IMG/VR virus record: IMGVR_UViG_3300027841_000073
Location: 1 to 64,000 of that record
Length of the DNA stretch: 64,000 nt
Direction: 5' to 3' (one strand)
DNA from: a virus
The notes beneath the pieces were generated by a model. That model did not search any database. It had not been told where the DNA came from and saw only the letters and a list, made by a program, of their open reading frames with translations. A program made the position numbers and the translations under genes. Position 1 is the stretch's first letter. Each line of letters begins with the position of its first letter. Shown here one piece after another: positions 31,027-41,137 of this stretch.

Positions 31027-32223
31027 TCATACATACCTCTTTACTGGTATTACCTTACGTGGTTTACCTTTTCCTTTATCGACTGCAAATTTTTTATAGA
31101 AAGTCATGGTAATTTTTACAACTTTTTCCTTCCCACCTTTCCAGAATTTTTCATTTAAAATTTTATAATCCGCTTTATAACCTAATACATTTTTAGCTTT
31201 TCCACCTTTGGGAATAAACAAATTTCTAAGCATAGCAAGTTTTTCATGGTATTTGCTTTCGTCTACATTACTAATGCTTATTACTTTTCCATCTTTTATA
31301 ATCGCTAAATCCTTAAATGGGTAATAAGCAGTAACAACAGGGTTGTAATTATTTACATCCAGTTTTATTAATTGTGAATCTTTTTCAATAATGGCTTTAG
31401 CATCTTTGCGTACTTTTAACAGATTGTCCTTACCTCTGTTTTTTACAAATACCCCTAATCCATAATAATCAAAATTCGATACTACATCATCAATAGCTTT
31501 TTCAACATTATCCCTTGCTACTAAAATACTACTTTTGAAAGGGGGTTCCGGTATTACATCGGTAAATACATTGAGCATTATGGTGGAGTAATCACCATCC
31601 GCAATGCGTAACCATTGAGAAAGTACAACATATATAGTAGTTCTGCTAAAAGATTTTTGCTCTTTCTCTTTTAGATTAGCATTTAATTCAAGATAGTACA
31701 TAAAATATAATTTCTCATTAGTAAAATCCCCACTTTTACCAATATAAGAAACCTTACTACTTTTATCGACTTTAAATTTTGAAATATCCAATTTACTATT
31801 GGCATCCCCCACTAAACCATCGAATAATTTATCCCCTACTATTTTCATGTCTTTTGACATTTTATTTTTAGCGATTACATTCAATGTTTGTTGCAATGAT
31901 TCATAAGCATCTAGAATATAATTTTGGTTAAGCTGAACCATTTTGCGGGACATATCCAACTGTTTAGGCATATTAGTAGAAGTATAAAAATCATCCAAGC
32001 GTTTTGATAATTCAGCTATATCCGAACTCAATTTTTTATGATTACCTAATTTATCAAAAATCTGCTTGATTTGTGGAATAGAAAATTGTTTTAATTTCTT
32101 AGCCCCTAAAGCGAATTTGTTTATTCGCTTGACAGCCTCTTTGAAATCTTCCACTTGTTTTTTTAATTGAGGAAGTACATCTTCAATTTGCTGAATCTGT
32201 TTTTCAATGTCTTTATTAGGCAT
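31027..32223 (-). CDS. Hypothetical protein with N-terminal coiled coil
   Basis: 398-aa ORF in the minus-strand block. Confidence 0.65.
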   Translation of the reverse strand: MPNKDIEKQIQQIEDVLPQLKKQVEDFKEAVKRINKFALGAKKLKQFSIPQIKQIFDKLGNHKKLSSDIAELSKRLDDFYTSTNMPKQLDMSRKMVQLNQNYILDAYESLQQTLNVIAKNKMSKDMKIVGDKLFDGLVGDANSKLDISKFKVDKSSKVSYIGKSGDFTNEKLYFMYYLELNANLKEKEQKSFSRTTIYVVLSQWLRIADGDYSTIMLNVFTDVIPEPPFKSSILVARDNVEKAIDDVVSNFDYYGLGVFVKNRGKDNLLKVRKDAKAIIEKDSQLIKLDVNNYNPVVTAYYPFKDLAIIKDGKVISISNVDESKYHEKLAMLRNLFIPKGGKAKNVLGYKADYKILNEKFWKGGKEKVVKITMTFYKKFAVDKGKGKPRKVIPVKRYV

Positions 32224-32236
32224 GACGTTTACCCTT

Positions 32237-32521
32237 CTATTTGATTTTATCTTGCAAAGAATTTATGAATTTATATATAAGAACTCTTTGCTGTTCACCG
32301 AGTTTACTAATTTGTTTTACCATTTGCATTATCTCACTATCCTTGCTTTTTTCAGCCATTTTATATAGCATCAAATAAGTAGAATTGATATCATTATTAT
32401 TTATTTTTGCTTCTAATTCATCAACCATTTTTTTAATTGGTACAATATAAGCTTTATCAGATAAAGCAAAAGTTTTACGTTTATTTAAAATCAATGCTTT
32501 TTCTTTTGCTGTAATCTTCAT
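32237..32521 (-). CDS. KITA-tagged small helical protein
   Basis: MKITAKEKALILNKRKTFA. Confidence 0.8.
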   Translation of the reverse strand: MKITAKEKALILNKRKTFALSDKAYIVPIKKMVDELEAKINNNDINSTYLMLYKMAEKSKDSEIMQMVKQISKLGEQQRVLIYKFINSLQDKIK

Positions 32522-32576
32522 TTCAATTCTCCTTTTTGATGTTAGCTAATACATAAACTTAAACATTATAAATCCT

Positions 32577-33563
32577 TTATGGTTCGATTGCAAAATAAAA
32601 TAAAGGTTTAATTATATTAGGATTATAAACTACTAATTGTAAATCCTTAACTAATAATGCTTGTTTATTTTTACCAAATAATTTTTTTACTACATCTTTA
32701 AAATGTTTTGATTGTTCTCCCATATCTTCCCCGGCTACTTTCTCTAACTCAATTCTAAGTTTACCTCCATTAGTATTTTCTTTTGTATCTGCAAAATCCA
32801 TAGCATCAATTTCAATAATATATTTAGGATCAATTTTTACACCAAATACATAATCACCATATCTTCTTGCAAAAGAAAGTTCTGGAGCAAAATAAACCCC
32901 TAAACCCCAATTACTCATACCAAAATATTTAGTCTGTTTTTTAAATTTAATATTTGGTGATAAAAAATGAATCCTGTTAATTTTTCCTTTATTAAATAAG
33001 TCTACTACTTCTTTTGGCAGAACTTTTAATTTTTCTTGAGTTTCTTTATCATCTTTATTTATTTTTAAAATTATACCGCGTGTAAAATTACTGGCAAAAA
33101 GTAATTCTTTTTGAGTACATCTATAATAGGTATCATTGGATATAGCTTTAATCCTATATTTTAATATGAGTTGTTTTTCTTGTGCTGTAATCTTGAACAT
33201 AGCTGTTACCTTTGGCTTTCTATACATTTTATAGGATGATAATCTAAAGTCCTTGTTCCTACCTTTATTTTCATAAAAGCCAAACTGCTTATAAAACTTT
33301 ACTAATCTGTTTCTAGAAGTAGTACCTTTACGATCATCCTTTAAGGCAGGTGTTAATTCTACCATTTTATTGTTTTGATCCGCATAGTCAGTAATACTCT
33401 TTATTATTTCAGAACCAATACCTTGTTTTCTATTTTCTTTTGGTACTACAATGTTATCAATTATAATACTATTATCTCTTTTGTTATCCACAAGATATAA
33501 GTTTAAACCCTTTACTTTATCCCGCCAATACTTCTCTATTTGTTCTATACTGGTAAATTTCAT
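32577..33563 (-). CDS. GNAT acetyltransferase fused via an internal KITA tag to an ADP-ribosyltransferase-like domain
   Basis: GNAT: IVVPKENRKQGIG...LVKFYKQFGF. Tag at ATG 33200. ART-like: YYR...GLGVYFAPELSFARRYG...QLVVYN. Confidence 0.7.
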   Translation of the reverse strand: MKFTSIEQIEKYWRDKVKGLNLYLVDNKRDNSIIIDNIVVPKENRKQGIGSEIIKSITDYADQNNKMVELTPALKDDRKGTTSRNRLVKFYKQFGFYENKGRNKDFRLSSYKMYRKPKVTAMFKITAQEKQLILKYRIKAISNDTYYRCTQKELLFASNFTRGIILKINKDDKETQEKLKVLPKEVVDLFNKGKINRIHFLSPNIKFKKQTKYFGMSNWGLGVYFAPELSFARRYGDYVFGVKIDPKYIIEIDAMDFADTKENTNGGKLRIELEKVAGEDMGEQSKHFKDVVKKLFGKNKQALLVKDLQLVVYNPNIIKPLFYFAIEP

Positions 33564-34813
33564 ATTTTTTCACCTAAATCTTTTACTTCTAATACTGCTT
33601 CAGGTGGAACTCGATATTCACGTTCACCGGGGAAGTACTCTATATTATCACTTGATATATCTACTTTCGCTTTTATAATGCCAATATCTTTAATATTTAC
33701 TTTATGAAATTGAGTAAGCATACGTTTATCAACTTCCACCATTACAGGATTACTTCTGATCTTACTCATTGTTAAATAATAATTGAAATATTTTATCAAT
33801 TGGATTAAATTTTCAGGTTCACTATCCCTATATAGAGAACCATATCTTGTAGGTTCAGGTAAATCAATTTTTTCACGTTTATACCAATCTTTAATTGTTT
33901 CCCATTTCAATTTGTTTTGTACTATCATAGCTACTTCTTTAAAGTACCTTGCTATATCGTGGGCTATGGCTAAATCATGGGTAAATGAAATCAGTTTACC
34001 ACTACCACCCCCTAAATAACCTAAACCTGTCATATGTTCCGGTTTAACTTTACTAAATCCATTTTTAAGAATTTCAGTTTTATACATAGTAGCATGGTAT
34101 AATACTTCTACTTTTTCACTTTTGGGTTTTTTCTCCCTACCCATTTCAGCATTCCATAAAAATTCTCTGTATACCAATTGTTCTTTTGCTTTGTTTTCTA
34201 CTTTCAACAGAAAATCAAGTATTTTGTTCAAGAAGTTTTTCAGTATTATAAAGAACCTGTATAACTCCAAACCTTGTTTATAGGAATCAGAATAGTCATC
34301 GTTTTTTTCAATACCTTTTTCGTAGGTTTCAATCGCATACTCAATTCTTTCTTTATGTTCTATAAACTGTTTTTCTAATTCTTCTTTGTCTCTCTTTATA
34401 TTCTCAAATAATCGACTACTACTTAAATTTATTGAATAGCCAAATAATTTATGCAAATAAGGCCAATCAATTTTTTCATCTTTAGGTTGAAGTAAATTAA
34501 GTATGCTTTGAAAATCCCCTTTTACTTTATCAAGCCCATCATATTTTTCATTAAGTAATTCGAATATACTTTTAACATCAACAGGTTCATACTTACTATT
34601 AAAAAAGTCATGCATTGCATCTTCTACAGCATCATTGGATTTACTTATTTCATTATACGTATTCTGTAATTGTTCTGCTTCTTTTAATAAAACATCTACT
34701 TCTTTCATTCTACTTTTGAAATAGGGAATCCATGCCCGAATAGGGGTTGCTATTTTAGCAATGGCTTTTCGCCTGTTGAATATGAATTGTTTTTCTTCTT
34801 TAGTAATCAGCAT
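33560..34813 (-). CDS. Tagged helical protein with C-terminal ART-like domain
   Basis: MLITKEEKQFIFNRRKAIA; LYHAT...ISFT...EREY. Confidence 0.65.
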   Translation of the reverse strand: MLITKEEKQFIFNRRKAIAKIATPIRAWIPYFKSRMKEVDVLLKEAEQLQNTYNEISKSNDAVEDAMHDFFNSKYEPVDVKSIFELLNEKYDGLDKVKGDFQSILNLLQPKDEKIDWPYLHKLFGYSINLSSSRLFENIKRDKEELEKQFIEHKERIEYAIETYEKGIEKNDDYSDSYKQGLELYRFFIILKNFLNKILDFLLKVENKAKEQLVYREFLWNAEMGREKKPKSEKVEVLYHATMYKTEILKNGFSKVKPEHMTGLGYLGGGSGKLISFTHDLAIAHDIARYFKEVAMIVQNKLKWETIKDWYKREKIDLPEPTRYGSLYRDSEPENLIQLIKYFNYYLTMSKIRSNPVMVEVDKRMLTQFHKVNIKDIGIIKAKVDISSDNIEYFPGEREYRVPPEAVLEVKDLGEKI

Positions 34814-35685
34814 TATTTTCTACCTTTATATGGTTCAAAGTCTGTACGATATATATTAAAATCTGTACCACCTTTTTGCCATCTTATTTCATAGAATTGA
34901 TAATCATTTGTATCAGACTCATATAATCTTTTTAATCTTGGATATGAATCCAAAGCATAGGTATCTGTCCTACCTTCAAAAAATTTCATTTGTTTTAATA
35001 CATCATCCTTATTACTTAAATTACTTTTTCGTTTATTAAGAATAACCCCTACTATACCTGTATCAATATTCTTTACTTTTGCACCTATATCCGTTTCACC
35101 CGCTAATGACGGATCAACTTCAAAAATTTTATCTGTATCGAATACTACTATTTGGTTACTGTCAAAACTCCTACCTATTGTTTTACCTTTGTAATAAATA
35201 GCATCGAATTTCTTTTTAAGGTTTTCTGTCATTATTCTTGTTTGCTCTACTCTGTTATCGAAACTTTGCCTTGAAAGCATTGGATCAAATCCATATTCCA
35301 TCCACCATTTAGTAAAAGTATTTACACTTTGATAATTGATTTGTTCAAGCCTTGGTACATTTAAGTAGTACATCTTTGCACCCTTTAAACTACCCCTACC
35401 ATACATCTTTGCTACATTTTTACTCGTTGTAAAATAAATACCAAAACCCATTAAATGAACGGGCATCTTTTCAGAATCTTTACCAGTAAACCCATTTCTG
35501 ATTAAACCTTCTCCGGGTAATCCTTCAAAAATTTTAAACCCTTCTTCTTTTATATTTTTCAATCGTTCCTGTTCCGTACCATGCCAAACAGGTCCAAAGT
35601 AATGTTTATCAATAGCTTCTTGTTGTGAAATCTTTTTTACATTTGCAAGAATATATGATTTATCTTGCGCTGTTATCTTGAACAT
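34813..35685 (-). CDS. Tagged PARP-like (H-Y type) ADP-ribosyltransferase-fold protein
   Basis: MFKITAQDKSYIL; VWHGT...GF...GFGIYFT...A..Y...QIVVF. Confidence 0.7.
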   Translation of the reverse strand: MFKITAQDKSYILANVKKISQQEAIDKHYFGPVWHGTEQERLKNIKEEGFKIFEGLPGEGLIRNGFTGKDSEKMPVHLMGFGIYFTTSKNVAKMYGRGSLKGAKMYYLNVPRLEQINYQSVNTFTKWWMEYGFDPMLSRQSFDNRVEQTRIMTENLKKKFDAIYYKGKTIGRSFDSNQIVVFDTDKIFEVDPSLAGETDIGAKVKNIDTGIVGVILNKRKSNLSNKDDVLKQMKFFEGRTDTYALDSYPRLKRLYESDTNDYQFYEIRWQKGGTDFNIYRTDFEPYKGRK

Positions 35686-35694
35686 GTTTGCCTC

Positions 35695-36099
35695 TTATCT
35701 ATTAATATTAATTTCAATTTCCAAACTTATTATTTGTTCATTTACTTCTTGTATCTTTTTATTTACATCTTCATAATCTTTATTAAGATTTGCATCATTA
35801 GGATATCTTAAAAGCAGTTCTCTTAAACGTAGTCTGTATTCTACTAATTCATATTTTTTGATATAGAGTCTACTTATAGCCTCTTGCTTTTGATTTTGCT
35901 TGGATTGCTCTATTCTATAATTTTCCACTTGTTGAAATTGCTTTACTGTTTCTTCCCTGAATGTTTCAAGCCCTGCAATAATAAGTTCCTTGTCCTTGGC
36001 ATACACTTCTTTTTGAAGATAAATATTATTCAAGCCCCATACTATACTTAACAAGCCCCCTATGAGTACAACAACACTCGCTGTCTTTTTAAAATTCAT
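35695..36099 (-). CDS. Single-TM, coiled-coil membrane protein
   Basis: AGGAGG SD and ATG 36099; N-terminal hydrophobic segment VVVLIGGLLSIVWGL. Confidence 0.6.
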   Translation of the reverse strand: MNFKKTASVVVLIGGLLSIVWGLNNIYLQKEVYAKDKELIIAGLETFREETVKQFQQVENYRIEQSKQNQKQEAISRLYIKKYELVEYRLRLRELLLRYPNDANLNKDYEDVNKKIQEVNEQIISLEIEININR

Positions 36100-36240
36100 T
36101 TTTTCCTCCTTAATATAAACAGATAAACAAGTATCCCATACACATAAGTAAAAGGCTGAAAAATAAAAGTAGGTAAAAAAATGAACATACCTACCATTAC
36201 TTTCCAAGGCATCTGAATAGAATGAAATCTATTATGATAC

Positions 36241-36816
36241 TCATTTATAGAGTTTGGAAATTTTAAAGTCATTTTTGAATTGAACATTGGTAAACTCCTT
36301 TTTAAGAAGTATTGTCATTTTTTCCAATGCTTTTTTCATGATGCTACTTTCCAATAAAGCATGTTGTTTTACCTTTGTTATGTTTTTTCTATTAATGGTA
36401 TTCACTATGCTTTTATAATAATATTTCATGAATGTACTGGAATAACCTTTGCCGCGATACGGGTAAAATACTTCTACATAGGTTATAGCAGTATAAAATT
36501 CATTACCCGTTATCCTATGGTCTATTCTTGCACCACCTACTATTGTATTGTTGTCAATAAACCAGTTTGTTTTTTCAGCACCATCCATATAAGATTGAAT
36601 ATACTTGTTATCTTTTTTAACTGCAATTCTACTTTTCAATTGGTTATTGTAAGTAAACGTGTAAAATATAACATCGTCTTTTTGTTTATTCAAAAAGTCA
36701 TTTACTTTTTTGTAAAATACTTTATCATCCAATTTGTCTCTGTTCAAATGGAAATGTGTTTTGGTATTTGTCTTTTTCTTTATCACTTCCAGTAGAATAG
36801 CATTACTAATTTTCAT
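36241..36816 (-). CDS. Protein with C-terminal GNAT-like domain
   Basis: ITYVEVFYPYRGKGYS acetyl-CoA-binding motif. Likely start MKISNA, coupled to the upstream stop (TAA-A-ATG). Confidence 0.55.
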   Translation of the reverse strand: MKISNAILLEVIKKKTNTKTHFHLNRDKLDDKVFYKKVNDFLNKQKDDVIFYTFTYNNQLKSRIAVKKDNKYIQSYMDGAEKTNWFIDNNTIVGGARIDHRITGNEFYTAITYVEVFYPYRGKGYSSTFMKYYYKSIVNTINRKNITKVKQHALLESSIMKKALEKMTILLKKEFTNVQFKNDFKISKLYK

Positions 36817-36817
36817 T

Positions 36818-37444
36818 TTAGTATCCATAGTCGATAAGTACAAGACGGTTAAGGAAAATACCCCAACTGGAAGGACGAATAAAATCACCCCCAAAACCTA
36901 TACTAGGAGTATCAGGGGAATTCTTTTTTCCATCTAAATACACATTAGCTAAACCTTTTTCACCACCCCAATCCCAATTACCTAATTCCTGCCACTTTTC
37001 GTCAGCAAGTAATTCCATTCTACTAAGATGATTAAAACGATAATCATCTATGAATACTTCTTTTATACCTATGGCATTTTTCATGGCTTGACTGAATTTT
37101 TTCAACGGTTTTGCATAGGCCATAATAAGAATTTTACAATCGTCACTTAATGCATATACAGGGCATAAAATTTTAGGGCTACCCATTATCCTGTAAACGT
37201 CATCTTGTCTTACATTTTGGTCTTCACCTAATTCATTTAAAGCCCTTTTTACTACAAAGTTTCTATTCTTTAATTTGAAAATATATACTTCTCTGCCTTT
37301 ACCCCTGCCTACTGGTTTACCAAATTTTGCAATGAAATCCTTTTGGGTTTTACCTTGCATTGAATCAGCTAATTCTTTAAAGGGTTTTAATATCCCTCTA
37401 CGTGCAAGTATAAATTGTTTTTCACTCGCTGTTATCTTGAACAT
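36818..37444 (-). CDS. KITA-tagged minimal protein-kinase-like enzyme
   Basis: GRGKGREVY Gly-loop, VVK lysine, D.....WG catalytic-loop-like segment and LIDYG. Start MFKITASEK at 37444. Confidence 0.7.
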   Translation of the reverse strand: MFKITASEKQFILARRGILKPFKELADSMQGKTQKDFIAKFGKPVGRGKGREVYIFKLKNRNFVVKRALNELGEDQNVRQDDVYRIMGSPKILCPVYALSDDCKILIMAYAKPLKKFSQAMKNAIGIKEVFIDDYRFNHLSRMELLADEKWQELGNWDWGGEKGLANVYLDGKKNSPDTPSIGFGGDFIRPSSWGIFLNRLVLIDYGY

Positions 37445-37513
37445 CTTTTTCTTCCTTTGGTTCATGTAAAGAATATAATGTTTTTAGTAGTACTCTCCAT
37501 ATAAAAGAAAACA

Positions 37514-37921
37514 TTAAAACTCCTTATATAATTCTTTGAATTGAGGATCATCAGGAAATACATTTGCAATGTTGTGTTTCATATTACCTGAAAAAATAGC
37601 GATATGAGAAATAGTAAGCATTACAGGATATACTTTACCTTCTTTATCAATACCTAATATGGCTTTCTTGGCATAAGTAAGTAGATTAGGCTTACTCAAT
37701 TTACCAGTATTAGGGTCTACTGTAACTCTGGAAACAGTTTCTTTATTCCCCTTTCGTACTACTTCAAAAATAGCTTTAGTCTTTTTAAATCCAAATGGGT
37801 AATCATCTACTTCATAATGATTCTTTTCAAATTTAGCAAAGTCAGGTACAATACCACTACCAGATAATGCTTGCCTACGTTTAAGAATAAGTTGTTTTTC
37901 TTTTGCAGTAATTTTGAACAT
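37514..37921 (-). CDS. KITA-tagged protein
   Basis: MFKITAKEKQLILKRRQALS. Confidence 0.8.
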   Translation of the reverse strand: MFKITAKEKQLILKRRQALSGSGIVPDFAKFEKNHYEVDDYPFGFKKTKAIFEVVRKGNKETVSRVTVDPNTGKLSKPNLLTYAKKAILGIDKEGKVYPVMLTISHIAIFSGNMKHNIANVFPDDPQFKELYKEF

Positions 37922-37931
37922 AACATTCTCC

Positions 37932-38453
37932 TTATAATAAAGTAATGTCTTTTTTATTTATTTTTACGCCAGCATCAACTATTACTTCTTGTTCTTTTAA
38001 AGCAGAATCATAATTTAATTCATCCAAACCTACACCACCTGTAAATAATATAAAATTATAAATATCCATAATAATTTTATTAGGTATTTTCTTTTTTAAT
38101 AGTACTTTAATACCTTTACCTTTAGTGAAATTATATTTAGGATCATCAATAAATTTTAAAGCTATCTTTTTATCTTTTGTCCATGACGTTATATTTTTAA
38201 ATACAATTCCCTTATCTAATTGGTCTATAAAAGATTGATCTACTGTCATACCTCTATATAAAACACCATCATATTTAGTAAACATATTAGGTATATCATT
38301 TTTTACTTTTTTTATATATTCTGCGTTTTTTTGCTCACTCTTAAAAAGCCAAGCATCAAGATTTTCCATAAATTTTGGATCATTCATTATATTAGATAGT
38401 ACCATTCTACGTTTAAAAATAAATTCTTTTTCTTTCGCAGTAATTTTAAACAT
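37932..38453 (-). CDS. KITA-tagged R-S-E-type mono-ADP-ribosyltransferase
   Basis: LYRGM (R), TSWT (S), A.KF and EQEVIV (ExE). Confidence 0.75.
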   Translation of the reverse strand: MFKITAKEKEFIFKRRMVLSNIMNDPKFMENLDAWLFKSEQKNAEYIKKVKNDIPNMFTKYDGVLYRGMTVDQSFIDQLDKGIVFKNITSWTKDKKIALKFIDDPKYNFTKGKGIKVLLKKKIPNKIIMDIYNFILFTGGVGLDELNYDSALKEQEVIVDAGVKINKKDITLL

Positions 38454-38471
38454 GTTACCCCCCTTTTTTTA

Positions 38472-39188
38472 CTAATCTATATTATCCGAAAATGTTTGGG
38501 GGTCACTATCTATTAGATAAAAAGTAATATCACTAGCATCAAATTTTACATCAGGTATTTTTTTCCATGTAAAACCACCACCTTTTTCATATACAGACCA
38601 ATGGATATCAATACTATATACACCTTCAATAAAAACAGCTATTACATAAACGTGTTGTTCATGACTACTACTAACAGTAGTAGCAAGAATTCCTACATCA
38701 TTTAACAAACTTGCTATTGCGTCTGCTATAAAATGACAGATACCGCCCCTTGCATAAGTATCTTCATTTGATTCATCCCATTTATCATACTCTTTTTGAG
38801 CCAAATGTGCAAACTTTGATGCCATTCCTTTAGCACGGGAAACAGGTAGTAATTTATGACGATCACCTTCATCATCAATATAATACCCTTCATCTTCTTC
38901 ATCATAATAACTTTTACCTTGTAGTATTTTCCGTCTACTTAAAATATATTGTTTTTCTTGTGCTGTAATTTTAAAATTAGCTTCCATTAAATGCTCTAAA
39001 GGTACTCTTAAAGTATTTTTAACATCCTTTGGATTACTTGATACTTCTGCATATCGTTTATCCATTTTTACAACATATAATTTTCCTTTACCTTTTGTTA
39101 ACATTTTTCTAAGTACTGGTACATCAAGTGGATGTATTGATTTGTCTAATATTAACCCCGGTTTAACATAATCTTTTTCTTTAATCAT
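38472..39188 (-). CDS. Two-domain protein with internal KITA tag and a Cys-His-Asp (transglutaminase/papain-like) C-terminal domain
   Basis: NFKITAQEKQYILSRRKILQG; GGICHFIADA...HVYV...SIDI. Likely start MIKEKD at 39188. Confidence 0.55.
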   Translation of the reverse strand: MIKEKDYVKPGLILDKSIHPLDVPVLRKMLTKGKGKLYVVKMDKRYAEVSSNPKDVKNTLRVPLEHLMEANFKITAQEKQYILSRRKILQGKSYYDEEDEGYYIDDEGDRHKLLPVSRAKGMASKFAHLAQKEYDKWDESNEDTYARGGICHFIADAIASLLNDVGILATTVSSSHEQHVYVIAVFIEGVYSIDIHWSVYEKGGGFTWKKIPDVKFDASDITFYLIDSDPQTFSDNID

Positions 39189-39189
39189 T

Positions 39190-40143
39190 CTATTTGTTCC
39201 TTTCATTACCAATGGCGTCACCATAAGCCAATGTTAATGGAAGTAGAGTATCAATAGGTAAATCAATTTTTAAAACTTGTACTTTCATATTAGGATCAAT
39301 TAAAACACCTGCTAAAAATCTATGATGCCCGTCAATAATATAATTATCATTTGAGCATATAAAGATACTTTTAGTAGTAAGAAAATCAGTACTTCCTTTT
39401 GCACCGAATTTAGCAGTATCCTTCATCGCTTTATCGAAGTAAATCTGTTTTTGAATTGGCCTTAAATCACCTACTTTAACACGATCAATCTTTATTTTTA
39501 TAATATCATCAGTTTCATCTTTTGCACCATCATAAATTCGTAATCCTTTTTTTAACCATTCAACTGCTTCCTTACCTTTCAAACCTTCTGGAAAGGGGTC
39601 TTTTTGTGTTTCAGGACTATATGGTGCATTAATGTCAATAGTACCTTGCTTTAACCTTTCCTGAAAAAGTTTTACATCGCTTGTATTAATAACCGGCATA
39701 TCTTTTCTTTGAGCGTAACCAAGTTTAGCCAGATTTTTTGCAATATTATAATTCTTGTCAAAATTAGGTATTTCCTGTTCTAATACTTTACCATTTTCAC
39801 TAAAAAGATTTTCAGCATATTCTCTTGCCGTCTTTAAATCTGTTTTTACTAATTCCAATTTACCTGCTTCTTGTGCTACATGTTGTGCTATTGCTATTCT
39901 TCTACTAATAATGAATTGTCTTTCTTCTTTGGTAAGTTGCATACTATAACTCCCCTCAATAGAATTTTTTAATATGTACTTATCTGCATCTTCTATATCA
40001 AAATATAATTTAGATTTTTCTTCATTTATACCTTTCCAATATACTTTACCATTTTGTATTTTGGTTATTATACATTTTAAAGGTTTACGATTTTCACCCA
40101 ACCATTTACTATGCGTAAATATCATTCCTTTTTTAAGTTCCAT
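39190..40143 (-). CDS. ParB/sulfiredoxin-like protein with internal tag (internal SD and ATG at 39942)
   Basis: MQLTKEERQFIISRRIAIA; LRPIQ...YIIDGHHRF. Confidence 0.75.
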   Translation of the reverse strand: MELKKGMIFTHSKWLGENRKPLKCIITKIQNGKVYWKGINEEKSKLYFDIEDADKYILKNSIEGSYSMQLTKEERQFIISRRIAIAQHVAQEAGKLELVKTDLKTAREYAENLFSENGKVLEQEIPNFDKNYNIAKNLAKLGYAQRKDMPVINTSDVKLFQERLKQGTIDINAPYSPETQKDPFPEGLKGKEAVEWLKKGLRIYDGAKDETDDIIKIKIDRVKVGDLRPIQKQIYFDKAMKDTAKFGAKGSTDFLTTKSIFICSNDNYIIDGHHRFLAGVLIDPNMKVQVLKIDLPIDTLLPLTLAYGDAIGNERNK

Positions 40144-40152
40144 TTCTTTTTA

Positions 40153-40182
40153 AATAGGGGTAGTAGAAATACTACCCCTATT
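40153..40182 (-). terminator. 13-bp hairpin terminator after the structural gene
   Basis: aataggggtagta-gaaa-tactacccctatt. Confidence 0.7.
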
Positions 40183-40202
40183 ACTCCTATTATGTTTAAA
40201 TG

Positions 40203-41123
40203 TTAATTAACAGCTTCGGCAACCAGAACAGAAACATTAACAAGCATATCACTAACGGTAACATTAGCATCGGTAGTAAGTGTTAAAGTATCAGCGGTAA
40301 CATTGTGAACAAATGCAACCGGAACCGCATGAAGCCAAGAATTAGTTTTGGTATCAAGCGCAACAGCAATACCGTCAGCCAATTCATCAACCGCAATTAA
40401 AGTACGTCCAACATCAAGAGTAGTAGCACCACCACCCGGAGCTTGTCTTACATGAACAAAAGCACAAACCAGAACACTAGCGGCGGGAACAAGGTTAGCA
40501 AGAGTAGCAACCCCGGCCATACCTGCGCCAACAGCAATCGTTACTGTTTCTTCATAAAAATTCAATTTAAAATTACTACCAAAAACACTAGTCAATTCCA
40601 TAAGTAAACCGGAAAGTGCGCCCAAAGGTGCTTTTACATCCCCCGTAGTAGCTTCAACATCGGTATTAGCTATAATACTTCCTGCGGGAGCGGTAACATC
40701 ACCAGTAGTAGCTTCAACATTACCATTAGCAATTACATCCCCTAAAGTAGCAACAACATCACCAGTAGTAGCTTCGACATTTGCACCACTAATATCACCA
40801 GTAACGCCAGCATTGCCACCAATAAGAGCATCGTTAGTAACATTCAAATCGGTAAAATTACCTACTGGTACAGTACCCCCCGTCATGCTTTCCATGGAAC
40901 TTAAATCAGTAATGGGAGAACCATCGGAAAGAACAACAACAAAACCTTTAGCTAATAAAGTTTCCAATTCCAATTTGTCTTCGGGGGAAATGTTAAGAAA
41001 TTCAGAATCAGTAAAATTGACACCTGCTTCTGTAATTTCCTTGTCATTAATAGCAACAGACAAATTAGCATTTGCACCTAAAGCCGCATTAATCGCACTA
41101 GTGTTCAAAGAAATTGTAATCAT
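40203..41123 (-). CDS. Putative decoration/structural protein with ATTGDV beta-helix-like repeats
   Basis: Paralog of 29599..30246 with an extra repeat insert; strong SD and a downstream terminator. Confidence 0.55.
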   Translation of the reverse strand: MITISLNTSAINAALGANANLSVAINDKEITEAGVNFTDSEFLNISPEDKLELETLLAKGFVVVLSDGSPITDLSSMESMTGGTVPVGNFTDLNVTNDALIGGNAGVTGDISGANVEATTGDVVATLGDVIANGNVEATTGDVTAPAGSIIANTDVEATTGDVKAPLGALSGLLMELTSVFGSNFKLNFYEETVTIAVGAGMAGVATLANLVPAASVLVCAFVHVRQAPGGGATTLDVGRTLIAVDELADGIAVALDTKTNSWLHAVPVAFVHNVTADTLTLTTDANVTVSDMLVNVSVLVAEAVN

Positions 41124-41137
41124 GTTGTTCTCCTTTT

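Noticed and set aside
23820-32535. Tag repeats as a CRISPR array, integron attC sites or DGR repeats
   Set aside because: The repeats are coding, irregularly spaced and not palindromic. I recognise no cas, integrase or reverse transcriptase gene, and no adenine-specific variation.
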